Below are positions 1 through 9,935 of a stretch of DNA of 19,882 nt, in pieces. Position 1 is the first letter of the stretch. Each line of letters opens with the position of its first letter. The notes beneath the pieces were generated by a model. The model saw nothing but the letters and a program-made list of their open reading frames with translations. It had not been told where the DNA came from and searched no databases. The DNA lies in the NCBI GenBank assembly GCA_030141605.1, contig JAQGDQ010001942.1:1-19882 (forward strand), given 5' to 3'. The stretch comes from Tubiluchus corallicola. Taxonomy: Eukaryota > Animalia > Priapulida. A program made the translations under genes and the position numbers.

Positions 1-1275
1 TGTCGTATTATGCTTTTTCAGTTTTTCGATTCAAACCATTACTAAAAACAGATATGAATAAGCCGCATATTTTGGTCGTTTTGAGCAATATTGTCAGACA
101 TTAAAACATTCTGAAATGTTATCCCTAATATAGAACTGATTCCGGTCGTGCCGCACCATTAGCTTAAAAAGTATGTCTTGTCATTGAGTGTTGAACACCA
201 TTCTCGTGGTATAACAAACAGGATAAAAGAACTTTTTCACTGACTTTTGCGAAGCCTTGCTAATTTTGTAATATAGTGTTAATATAGTTTTGTAATAGTT
301 TGTGCAATTTGTGTTTAAAAATGTTTAATGTAATTTGTTATGGTGTTACTGTGCTGTTATACGATTGTTGTTATTAAATTGTTCCTATGCAAACTTTATG
401 TTTTCAAGTTTTTAATATTTATTTCGACTGTTGCTTCTATTACTTAGATCTGGCGTGAAGTTTTACATTAAAAGATGTCCATTTTGTCGATTAGACTGTG
501 TCCACTACACGTCCATAAGAATTAAAGGAAAACCGGTCAATTGTTTAGACTCAATCTCATTTTAATTTACTGACCAAAATATACATTTTCTTGCCTATAA
601 AAGTTACAAATTGTTTTTAATACTTGATTAATATATTACCTTGGAAAGTTTATTAACGGCAACCGAAACTAGCTACCGTTTCCGTCACAAACTAACCACA
701 GTTTGTGCAATGGTAAGCATCTTCCCTGCAGGTCAAGCACGTTTGCGAAAGCAAAGGTTGCTATAAGATGCTGATGTGATGTCAAGAAAACGAGCACTGC
801 GTCTCACTGGCGTCACAAACGAACACTGCAGTTCGTGATTGTGCTTTTTTCACGGTACCGCCCTGATTTGTTGGCCACGCGAATGTGACAAAAAAGGCGC
901 CATTGTCAATCTTAGTAAATTCGCCGATGTGCGTGTAATTGTTTAACAACTTTGTTTAACAAAATTTAACTGTCCGAGGTAATTATTATTTAATTTAAGC
1001 TTTGATTTAAGAAAAGTTGTTGTAGTTTTCATTATCTTAGAGCAAACTAATGTCTACATAATCGTTCAGTTTTCCTTTAAGTCGCAAACGTTCCCAATTT
1101 ATTTGCTGCTTAAGCAAAAATAGTTTGACTGAAAGCTGTTTAAAAAGTAACACGCAACTGCATAATTTCTTTATTCGTATTTTGTTCATTATAGACAATA
1201 TACTTTTATCTTATCCCTGGTGGGAAAGAATACTGGAGTGTTTTATCAAGTCACTATTTAATAATAATATATATA

Positions 1276-2073
1276 GGTTTTACACAACAAATGGGAGAAG
1301 GCAAAGTTCAAATGTGACTTAGGTAAGTCAAATGTAGACACAGGAAAAGTTCAAATGTGACTTAGGTAAGTCAAATGTAGACACAGGAAAGTTCAAGTGT
1401 GACTTAGGTAAGTCAAATGTAGACACAGGAAAGTTCAAATGCGACTTAGGTAAGTCAAATGTAGACACAGGAAAGTTCAAATGTGACTTAGGTAAGTCAA
1501 ATGTAGACACAGGAAAGTTCAAATGCGACTTAGGTAAGTCAAATGTAGACACAGGAAAGTTCAAATGTGACTTAGGTGAGTTAAATGTAGACATAGGAAA
1601 GTTCAAATGTGACGTAGGTAAGTCAAATGTAGACATCGGAAAGTTCAAATGTGACTTAGGTAAGTCAAATGTAGACACAGGAAAGTTCAAATGTGACTTA
1701 GGTAAGTCAAATGTAGACACAGGAAAGGTTTTGACTAAATGTGACTTAGGTAAGTCAAATGTAGACACAGGAATTTCGAATGTGTTTTGGTAACTCAAAT
1801 GTGACTTAGGTGAGTCAAATGTAGACATAAGAATTTCGAATGTGTTTTGGTAACTCAAATGTGACTTAGGTAAGTCAAATGTAGATGCATTACTTTGAAT
1901 AAATCGATAATTAAGAAACAAAAAAAAAAAAACCAAAACATGCAACATAGTAGGCCTATAACTGTTATAACTTAAGAGCAATTATTAAATTGAAAAAACA
2001 AGATTAAATTAACACCTTAATCTTTACCACCTATCTACATATCAGATACCAAGCACATCAGACTCACCAAAAC
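1276..2073 (+). mobile_element. Non-autonomous TIR DNA transposon (MITE-like), copy A, far end unreadable
   Basis: Starts tata|GGTTTTACAC like the other copies. Then about ten 42-bp units, one 48-bp unit and two 60-bp units, then a degenerate version of the internal AT-rich segment seen intact in copy C (~11954-12160). No recognisable second TIR. Confidence 0.8.
1285..1890. repeat. Tandem array inside transposon copy A (42/48/60-bp units)
   Basis: 'gtcaaatgta' at 1327, 1370, 1412 ... 1706 (42-bp period), then 1754, 1814 and 1874. Confidence 0.95.
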
Positions 2074-2238
2074 AAAAAAACAAACACAACACCAACACAA
2101 ACCAAACACAAAACCAACAAAACACAAAAAAACAATTCAAAGGCCCCGAAATGAAAATAATTGTGATATTTACATCGTCTTTGACACTTTAAAAGTCTTT
2201 TCAAAGTTTGACAGAAAATATCTTAACGCATTACTAAA

Positions 2239-2343
2239 AGTAGGTCGCTTTATTTGGCTAGCCAGCAACTGTTCACTTGTTACTTTATCAGTAGGTCGCT
2301 TTATTTGGCTAGCCAGCAACTGTTCACTTGTTACTTCATCAGT
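2239..2343. repeat. 51-bp tandem duplication downstream of gene 1 carrying two minus-strand AATAAA signals
   Basis: 2239-2289 and 2290-2340 differ at one base. tttatt occurs at 2249-2254 and 2300-2305. Confidence 0.9.
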
Positions 2344-2446
2344 GTTTTACACGAAATTTAGAATATCTGATGAATTGTGTTCCAGAAAATCTTGATCTTG
2401 TCGATGTCAATCCGAATTTGATCCGCATCTCTTATTGTCTGGATTC

Positions 2447-2845
2447 TCACCCCTGATAAGGAGCGTCTTCATTCAAAGGTCCATCAACAGGTGGTGACAC
2501 TGGTGGGCCATATCCATCAGGAGCATGGGGACCCCCACTGCCAACGTGCACATTATATCCACCTCCATATCCTTGTTTGCCGCCTTGGTGGTAACCATGT
2601 AGACCATAACCTACACCAGGTTTGTGACCAATATATGCTCCATCGTGTCCAAATCCGTAGTTGTATCCCCAGTTACCAGATGTTGTCCCACCGCCACCGC
2701 GACCACCTGCATAAATGCTGCCGATGCCATATCCAGGATCACCATAACCTCCACCAAAGCCATAATTTCCCATCGTATGTAAGAATCCGCCATGTCCATT
2801 CCCTCCATATGAAAATCCACCATAAAATCCCACGGTACCTCCAAC
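2447..2845 (-). CDS. Gly/Tyr/His-rich protein gene 1, main (terminal) coding exon, 132 aa: VGGTVGFYGGFSYGG...YNYGFGHD...PPVDGPLNEDAPYQG*
   Basis: Acceptor ggtttctctttcacaacag|GTT at 2846/2845, phase 0, in frame with ORF 2447..2833 (whose 'M' is a GTG). GC-richer Gly-codon tract in an AT-rich background. Same exon start and core motif as genes 2 and 3. Confidence 0.85.
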   Translation of the reverse strand, partial: VGGTVGFYGGFSYGGNGHGGFLHTMGNYGFGGGYGDPGYGIGSIYAGGRGGGGTTSGNWGYNYGFGHDGAYIGHKPGVGYGLHGYHQGGKQGYGGGYNVHVGSGGPHAPDGYGPPVSPPVDGPLNEDAPYQG

Positions 2846-3070
2846 CTGTTGTGAAAGAGAAACCGAATTTTAGTACAGCGAATCACTTTTCATGCAACGA
2901 TGAAGACAAATTTCTGCCTCAAAGCTTCATCAACCAAACTGAAATCTTCTGCAAGGCTTTGCTTCAGTTCATCTTTGACGGTTACAAGTTGACATAACAT
3001 CAATCGACGCTTAACGAACATCATAAAAGTTAGTGGTTGTAATTCCAGACACATATAATGTACGACCTAC

Positions 3071-3136
3071 ATTTGCAAAGAACATCAACGCTCTAAGCGC
3101 CAGCTGACAAAAAAGCAGACAAACTTCAGTGGACAT
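3071..3136 (-). CDS. Candidate signal-peptide exon for gene 1 (MSTEVCLLFCQLALRALMFFAN|gtaggt)
   Basis: ATG-started hydrophobic 22 codons ending at a phase-0 GT donor. It is twice as long as exon 1 of the paralogs, and an alternative exists at 6526-6597, so it is uncertain. Confidence 0.3.
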
Positions 3137-3509
3137 GATATTAGGACATTTTCTTATGTCCAGTTATTACAAGAATCCAAAACAGTATCAGGGAGTTACC
3201 GAATTTTCCATATTATTCTCTTCTCGTCGTTTCTTCCCTAAGTCGTTTTTACAGGAAGTGTTTGTGGTGTGTTAGTTTTAGTTTTAGTTGTTACAAATAA
3301 GATTGACAACTTCTGATATTTATTGCACCTGTTGCGCTTGACGTTTTCTTAACACAGTCTACGGTTTACGAAAACTAATGCATGGATCAGCAAACAAGAG
3401 AAAATGATCAAAATATTTAGTTTGACACAGTAGTTATTGTAGAACACAACAGCACTGAAAAAGTAAGTGTTCTAGAATGTCTTTACCAAAATGTTACAAG
3501 CAATCTATA

Positions 3510-4564
3510 GGTTTTACATGTCAAATGTAGACCTACGTTAACTCAAATGTAGATGTAGGTAATTCAAATGTGTCTTGGTTACTCAAATGTAGACTTAGGT
3601 AGTTCAAATGTGTTAACAATGTTTTTCATCAAATCTTAAACGTTTTTGGTAAGTCTAATGTGACATTGGTATCTGAAATGTAGATAGGTGGTAAAGCTTA
3701 AGGATGTTAAATTTAATCTTCTTTAATTTCAATTTAATAATTGCTCTTAAGTTAAAATAACAACGTTATAGGCTTACTAATAGTTGCATGATCTTTGGTT
3801 TATCTTTTTCTAATTTGCACTTAAATAACTTAATTATCGATTTATTCAAAGTAATGCATCTACATTTGACTTACCTAAGTCACATTTGAGTTACCAAAAC
3901 ACATTCGAAATTCTTATGTCTACATTTGACTCACCTAAGTCACATTTGAGTTACCAAAACACATTCGAAATTCCTGTGTCTACATTTGACTTACCTAAGT
4001 CACATTTGAGTTACCAAAACACTTTCGAAATTCCTATGGCTACATTTGACTTACCTAAGTCACATTTGAACTTTCCTATGTCTACATTTGACTTACCTAA
4101 GTCACATTTGAACTTGCCTGTCTCTACATTTGACTTACCTAAGTCACATTTGAACTTTCCTATGTCTACATTTGACTTACCTAAGTCACATTTGAACTTT
4201 CCTGTGTCTACATTTGACTTACCTAAGTCACATTTGAACTTTCCTATGTCTACATTTGACTTACCTAAGTCACATTTGAACTTGCCTGTCTCTACATTTG
4301 ACTTACCTAAGTCACATTTGAACTTTCCTATGTCTACATTTGACTTACCTAAGTCACATTTGAACTTGCCTGTCTCTACATTTGACTTACCTAAGTCACA
4401 TTTGAACTTTCCTGTGTCTACATTTGACTTACCTAAGTCACATTTGAACTTGCCTGTCTCTACATTTGACTTACTTAAGTCACATTTGAACTTTCCTATG
4501 TCTACATTTGACTTACCTAAGTCACATTTGAACTTGCCTGTCTCTACATTTGACGTGTAAAACC
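3510..4564 (-). mobile_element. Non-autonomous TIR DNA transposon (MITE-like), copy B, complete
   Basis: tata|GGTTTTACATGTCAAATGTAGA ... TCTACATTTGACGTGTAAAACC|tata. 22-bp TIRs with one mismatch, TATA on both sides, no transposase ORF. Confidence 0.9.
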
Positions 4565-5849
4565 TATATATCATTATTGTGAAATAAGTGAACTTGATAA
4601 AACACTCCAGTATTCTTTCCACACCAGGGATAGATTAAGGAAAGCAATATATTGTCTATAATGAACAAAATACGAATAAAGAAATTATGCAGTTGCGTGT
4701 TACTTTTTAAACAGCTTTCAGTCAAACTATTTTTGCTTAAGCAGCAAATAAATTGGGAACGTTTGCGACTTAAAGGAAAACTGAACGATTATGTAGACAT
4801 TAGTTTGCTCTAAGATAATGAAAACTACAACAACTTTTCTTAAATCAAAGCTTAAATTAAATAATAATTACCTCGGACAGTTAAATTTTGTTAAACAAAG
4901 TTGTTAGACAATTACACGCACATCGGCGAATTTACTAAGATTGACAATGGCGCCTTTTTTGTCACATTCGCGTGGCCAACAAATCGGGGCGGTACCGTGA
5001 AAAAAGCACAATCACGAACTGCAGTGTTCGTTTGTGACGCCAGTGAGACGCAGTGCTCGTTTTCTTGACATCACATCAGCATCTTATAGCAACCTTTGCT
5101 TTCGCAAACGTGCTTGACCTGCAGGGAAGATGCTTACCATTGCACAAACTGTGGTTAGTTTGTGACGGAAACGGTAGCTAGTTTCGGTTGCCGTTAATAA
5201 ACTTTCCAAGGTAATATATTAATCAAGTATTAGAAACAATTTGTAACTTTTATAGGCAAGAAAATGTACATTTTGGTCAGTAAATTAAAATGAGATTGAG
5301 TCTAAACAATTGACCGGTTTTCCTTTAATTCTTATGGACGTGTAGTGGACACAGTCTAATCGACAAAATGGACACCTTTTAATGTAAAACTTCACGCCAG
5401 ATCTAAGTAATAGAAGCAACAGTCGAAATAAATATTAAAAACTTGAAAACATAAAGTTTGCATAGGAACAATTTAATAACAACAATCGTATAACAGCACA
5501 GTAACACCATAACAAATTACATTAAACATTTTTAAACACAAATTGCACAAACTATTACAAAACTATATTAACACTATATTACAAAATTAGCAAGGCTTCG
5601 CAAAAGTCAGTGGAAAAGTTCTTTTATCCTGTTTGTTATACCACGAGAATGGTGTTCAGCACTCAATGACAGGACATACTTTTTAAGCTAATGGTGCGGC
5701 ACGACCGGAATCATTTCATTATTAGGGATAACATTTCGGAATGTTTTAATGTCTGACAATATGGCTCAAAACGACCAAAATATGCGGCTTATTCATACCT
5801 GTTTTTAGTAATGTTTTGAATCGAAAAACTGAAAAAGCATAATACGACA
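3642..5849 (-). repeat. Right arm of long inverted repeat
   Basis: Reverse complement of 1-~2073. It consists of ~1.28 kb of non-tandem flank (4569-5849) plus most of the transposon copy at 3510-4564. Confidence 0.95.
3856..4555. repeat. Tandem array inside transposon copy B: 3 x 60 bp plus 12 x 42 bp
   Basis: 'tacatttgac' recurs at 3861, 3921, 3981 and 4041, then every 42 bp to 4545. Units are built from ~20-bp subunits carrying ACATTTGA. Confidence 0.95.
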
Positions 5850-7544
5850 AACGTTGTTAGGTCTGTCCACTAATGATCAATAATGCGCTAACATCTAAAG
5901 CTGCGTGTTGCTTATGCAGAATAGTAGTGCAATCGACGCTACAAGTTCTCGAAAGTCTCATGAAATTGGAGTGCAGTTACACTGCCCTCGTTTGAAATAG
6001 CAAAAACCTCTTAAATAAAATTCTCCTTTCCCTTTCTTTTCGAGACACCCTCAACCAATATCGAAGATTCTGGAAGCTGTTTTTGCAAAATTTCTGAAAT
6101 TCGGTAAGATTCGTTTGAAAGTATACCCTTTGTAATACATACTGGACTTCCCAGGAAACCATACCTCTCCTATAGCACCTGTATAGAATCAGATCGCTTC
6201 CCAATTCGGTCCTGTTCTCTGCAATACGTCATTTTAGCAAAATGTGGTTCAAAACGACCGAACGGCCCAAATCAAAATTAAGGCATGAATGCGACGAGTA
6301 TATTTTATTAATTTCGGCCACTGATTACGATGTTATAGCTAGGAAATCAAATCCATAAATCCAGACAATTGCGAACACTGTAGTACAACAAGTATACCAA
6401 CATTAAAACAATTTTAGTAAAGTCCAGTAGCCATAATAGCTTAATCCTAAGTACAGGAGGTAAGTTTTATCCTTGGTTTCTTGTGTTCTGGACTTTCCTT
6501 CCCACAGTATTGCCGTTAGCCTTACATCTGAACAATTTGAGACACGGAAAATTGCACTTAGAGAATGAATGGAAAAAAATAAGAGCCAAGACGTCATATG
6601 GCCGCCAAATGAAGTAAATTTCATATCCATGAAATTAAGAATTTATGGCGTAAAATCATGTAGATTACTGTTCTGATTCTTATCATGGAAAATGCATAAA
6701 TCAAAATGGAATGCTTACACGATACATAGATCAGATTCATTACGAATTTCGTTTTAATGACAATGTACAGTAGTGGTCTGTAATTTGAGAATTGAGATTT
6801 GAGAACTGTACAGCTGATAAAGTCCGTGAGGGATTAAAAACTTCTGAAGAAAAACAAAGAATTTTTGGAGACTTCAATGGGCATTCTGCCCTTTTTCATC
6901 AGTAGAGAATTCGGCAATCTAATTCCATTCTTCCTTACGGCAACGTGAAATTGAGAATATCTGCAAAATCTAGCTAGCATTTGAAAGTATTCGACAAATT
7001 TTCCATGGGCAATGTCATCAATATCTGGTAGTGTCATTTTGCAAGGCATTGGTACTATAAGACCTACATTACCACAGCTCACATTGGTCAACGCTGGTCA
7101 GTGATTTCTGATTCACGTTGCTCACATATTGGTAGAGATTCCCAAGGTCCCTTAAAAAAACTGGGGGGTTCCAACCCATCTCATAACTTCTGTATCGTCA
7201 GTTTTACAATTACTACGCTAGACGCGACTACGCCACATTTGGCACCACCCGGACGATTCACTTGAACATGACGCTGATGCAGATAATCCCGCCAAAATAA
7301 GCTATGACCCGGACAAAAATAGTATATTGGTGTATTTTTGCTCAAACAAACAGGAAGTCGTCTCAACCAGTTATTTACGGGGATTTTTAATACGTTATTC
7401 TGGACCGCTTTCTGGGTGACTGTGCAAAAATTCAGCCATACATATTTTTGGCTAATTCGTGTAGACTAAAAGTGGACTTTCTGAAATGTTGAAGCTGGTT
7501 AATAATGCTGTGCGATGACTTAAATGAATAGCTCGCTTATCACA

Positions 7545-7701
7545 TAAAACAGAAAAACAAAAAATTAAGATTAGTACTAGCAGTGTTTAAGTGGTTAAGC
7601 ACCGTTAATACGAAGTTAAGTGCCCAGAGATGTATTTAAGCCTTTATTTGTCTGTATTAAAACAGAAAAACAAAAAATTAAGATTAGTACTAGCAGTGTT
7701 T
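7545..7701. repeat. Perfect 44-bp direct repeat separated by 69 bp
   Basis: taaaacagaaaaacaaaaaattaagattagtactagcagtgttt at 7545-7588 and 7658-7701. Confidence 0.9.
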
Positions 7702-8761
7702 CACTTGCTAATTTGGTGGTGTACAAACCTATATTAACATTACATGTTTCCCCACTAGCTTTTTGATACAGTATTGCTAAGAGCTTTCGAACGCCAGTTT
7801 TCACATTTTGAAACGGAACCATTGGAACACGCGAAACCCAACCAGAAAAACGTATTACGAAAGTGCGAGGTTTTGTCCACCAATTACAGGACAAGATGTG
7901 TTACCATGTAAAATTGTTGCGCTGACGTTCATTAGAATATAAATAATATTGTTACGAAGACGGGTTTTGACTAACCCCATAATGTTAATAATGGGTATAG
8001 TCGAGAAGCCCAGTAATGCAAATGTACCTGTATAAAACAGAATGAATGCCATAATTTGACGATTCCAACCTGGCCTTTCTGTCTGTAAGGGTGAATGCTG
8101 TATGTTTGCTGTTTTTTATACAAAAGTCTGTTCACATGTCATTGTGCTACTGGTTGTGCATTAAATTTTATTTTACATTCGTATTCTTTTTACTTTTCTC
8201 GTCTGCTGTAAAGTATTTCATGACTTGTATGCCGCTCTATACATCCGGAGACGGATCCGCGCAGTGGACCCCGGATCCGTTACAATATTTTTTTATTTCC
8301 TACCCTACAGCGCAACTAATGTGGGTCAACTAGTATATCTATGCCTCGTCAACCAACGGTAAAAATTATACAGCCTCTTATGTAATTACAAGAGTTATTT
8401 GTGAAAATTGCTAAAATAAATAAATAAAATAACTCTCGGGTCATTTGACAAAGAAGCTGTTAAAATGTCATAAATTAACAATTTTAAAACATTAACACTA
8501 TTTAATTTTAACTCTAATATCAAATTAAGGATTATTCTTAAAATGTCCTTATAGAAATAGAAGTTTTTTGTCTACTTTTAACGACGAAACTAATGGCAAA
8601 ACTAGAATAAGATTTTTGGTATTTGAAACGACAGTTTGTTACAACGCCATAGCCGATAGATGGCGCACCTCGCGCAGTTTGTATTGTATTATCTACACTA
8701 ACTACATAACATTATTCTCCGGACGAATTCAATTTTACAATGGAATTCCGGTCAGCAAAAA

Positions 8762-9220
8762 CTACCAAGGAAAACCGCCGACGGCTGTTCCCACTCCACT
8801 TCCATATCCTCCATGATATCCAAGGCGTCCACTGTCAAATAACACGTTTCGGGCATGTCCAACAGTGCCCGCGAATCCACCTCCGTGGCCGAGTTTTGAA
8901 TTGATTTCCCTACCATAAGCTCCACCTACTCCGTAACCACCTTTGTGCCCACGCTTGTATTTTGCTTTACCACCCCCATGGGCAGCACCATGATATCCAC
9001 CAGCACTGTCGAGTCCACCCCCATAGTTGTACACGTATCCACCAGACGCACCCCCACCGCCAACTCCACCACCATGAGTCCCACCAATGGATCCACTATG
9101 GCCTCCATAACCTCCATATCCACCATAACCTCCATATCCACCGTAACCACCATATCCACCACCAAAACCTCCAAATCCGTATCCACCGTATCCACCATAG
9201 AATCCTTTCACTAATCCCAC
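8762..9220 (-). CDS. Gly/Tyr/His-rich protein gene 2, exon 2 (152 aa, GGY repeats)
   Basis: Acceptor ttttttggcctacag|GTG at 9221/9220, phase 0. VGLVKGFYGG, then a (GGY)n tract and YNYG core. About 44% Gly by my count. Stop TAG at 8762-8764. Confidence 0.9.
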   Translation of the reverse strand: MGLVKGFYGGYGGYGFGGFGGGYGGYGGYGGYGGYGGYGGHSGSIGGTHGGGVGGGGASGGYVYNYGGGLDSAGGYHGAAHGGGKAKYKRGHKGGYGVGGAYGREINSKLGHGGGFAGTVGHARNVLFDSGRLGYHGGYGSGVGTAVGGFPW

Positions 9221-9288
9221 CTGTAGGCCAAAAAATACTTGAACTAGTTATGTACGCTGTTGACAAATTATGTGAAGGGACAACCAGA

Positions 9289-9440
9289 AAAGGATCTTTC
9301 AAAGTCACGTGACGATGAAGAAAGGATTTTACTAAGTCACGTGACCATGAACAAAGGATCTTTCTAAGTCACGTGACGATGAACAAAGAATTTTTCTAAG
9401 TCACGTGACGATGAACAAAGGATCTTTCTGAGTCACGTGA
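9289..9440. repeat. 32-bp minisatellite (~4.75 units), each unit with a GTCACGTGA(C) palindrome
   Basis: Unit aaaggatctttctaagtcacgtgacgatgaac. Palindromes start at 9304, 9336, 9368, 9400 and 9432. Confidence 0.95.
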
Positions 9441-9469
9441 ATGCCTGAACAATTGTTGAGTTACAAAAA

Positions 9470-9935
9470 AATCAGTTTAGGGAATGACATTTATGAAAAA
9501 AGTTCGGATATTGCTTGCTGTTTTTCATTACTAGATGGCACTACGGGCTTTATGCAATGCTCTACACCAATGTATTTAAACCCAAGGTAGGGAAATAAAC
9601 TTCGCCTAGTACTAAACTTAATGTTTCTGTCACTTTTGAGCTTCCACCTTTTACAGTCTGGTAGAAAAGACCGGTTCGAACAATCAACTCAGGTCGGGAC
9701 CAACCACAGCCAGCTTTAACCTTACTGCGACCTTGACCTGCATGACCTTTCACGTTCTATTCTCGCAATTATATATTAGGCAGAAAAGGGTCTTAAAGGC
9801 AATATCTTTATGGGGTCCGGGCGATTTATCTTCAAATATTTTTAAAATTATTACTCTGAACGGACGAACAAACAGTCAAACAAACAATCAGACTGAACCG
9901 ACCGTTACACCTGCACTCGATTCGCAAGTTATTAT
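9470..9935 (+). mobile_element. Possible Helentron/Helitron-type non-autonomous element (HINE/DINE-like), boundaries approximate
   Basis: gaccttgacct...tgaccttt motifs (~9730-9750), a degenerate ACGG/ACAA microsatellite (~9860-9893) and a short terminal hairpin acctgc..gcaagt followed by an AT tract. This layout is typical of such invertebrate repeats. There is no second copy here to confirm it. Confidence 0.35.

Larger units (their letters stand above)
1..2073 (+). repeat. Left arm of long inverted repeat (partner ~3642-5849); probably continues beyond the window start
   Basis: Position 1 (tgtcgtattatgc) pairs with 5849. 1-~1200 is the near-identical reverse complement of ~4650-5849 with scattered substitutions. 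The match continues through the tandem array to 1915 and in garbled form to ~2073. Confidence 0.95.

Noticed and set aside
1285-1890. CRISPR-like appearance of the regular repeats (also 3856-4555 and 9289-9440)
   Set aside because: There are no unique spacers and no cas genes, and the context is eukaryotic. These are head-to-tail tandem repeats.
3886-4622. Long ORFs on both strands (STFDLPKSHLNFPV / KSNVDTGKFKCDLG repeats), also 1328..1981
   Set aside because: They are by-products of stop-free 42- and 60-bp units (multiples of 3) inside a non-autonomous transposon, and they have non-ATG starts.
5131-5140. ATG|gtaagc on the minus strand (mirror copy at 710-718 on +) as a Met-only first exon for gene 1
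   Set aside because: Splicing it directly to 2845 gives no signal peptide, and it would need an unsupported extra exon.
5921-5929. atagtagtg as a possible CACTA-type terminus of the long inverted repeat
   Set aside because: The partner end lies outside the window, so neither symmetry nor a TSD can be tested.
7855-8052. Hydrophobic ORF MAFILFYTGTFALLGF...MGLVKT resembling a leader and the start of gene 2 exon 2
   Set aside because: It has no phase-0 donor at a suitable position and no Gly-rich continuation. The similarity is only four residues.
8251-8335. Hairpin acggatccg..cggatccgt and a downstream ...caactagt suggesting a Helitron 3' end
   Set aside because: The hairpin is too far from the CTAG, and no 5' end or second copy can be identified.
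8762-9220. Assigning a named family (shematrin, keratin-associated, chorion, cuticle protein)
   Set aside because: The similarity is only compositional. No diagnostic domain such as a chitin-binding R&R motif or Cys pattern is present.
8926-9312. His-rich, Ser/Thr-rich, Val/Asp-rich and Trp/Arg-rich ORFs overlapping gene 2 (likewise 2491..2997, 2611..2886, 14267..14587, 14323..14817)
   Set aside because: They are alternative-frame or antisense shadows of GGN/TAY codon repeats. Only the Gly-rich frame has splice sites, a signal peptide and paralog conservation.
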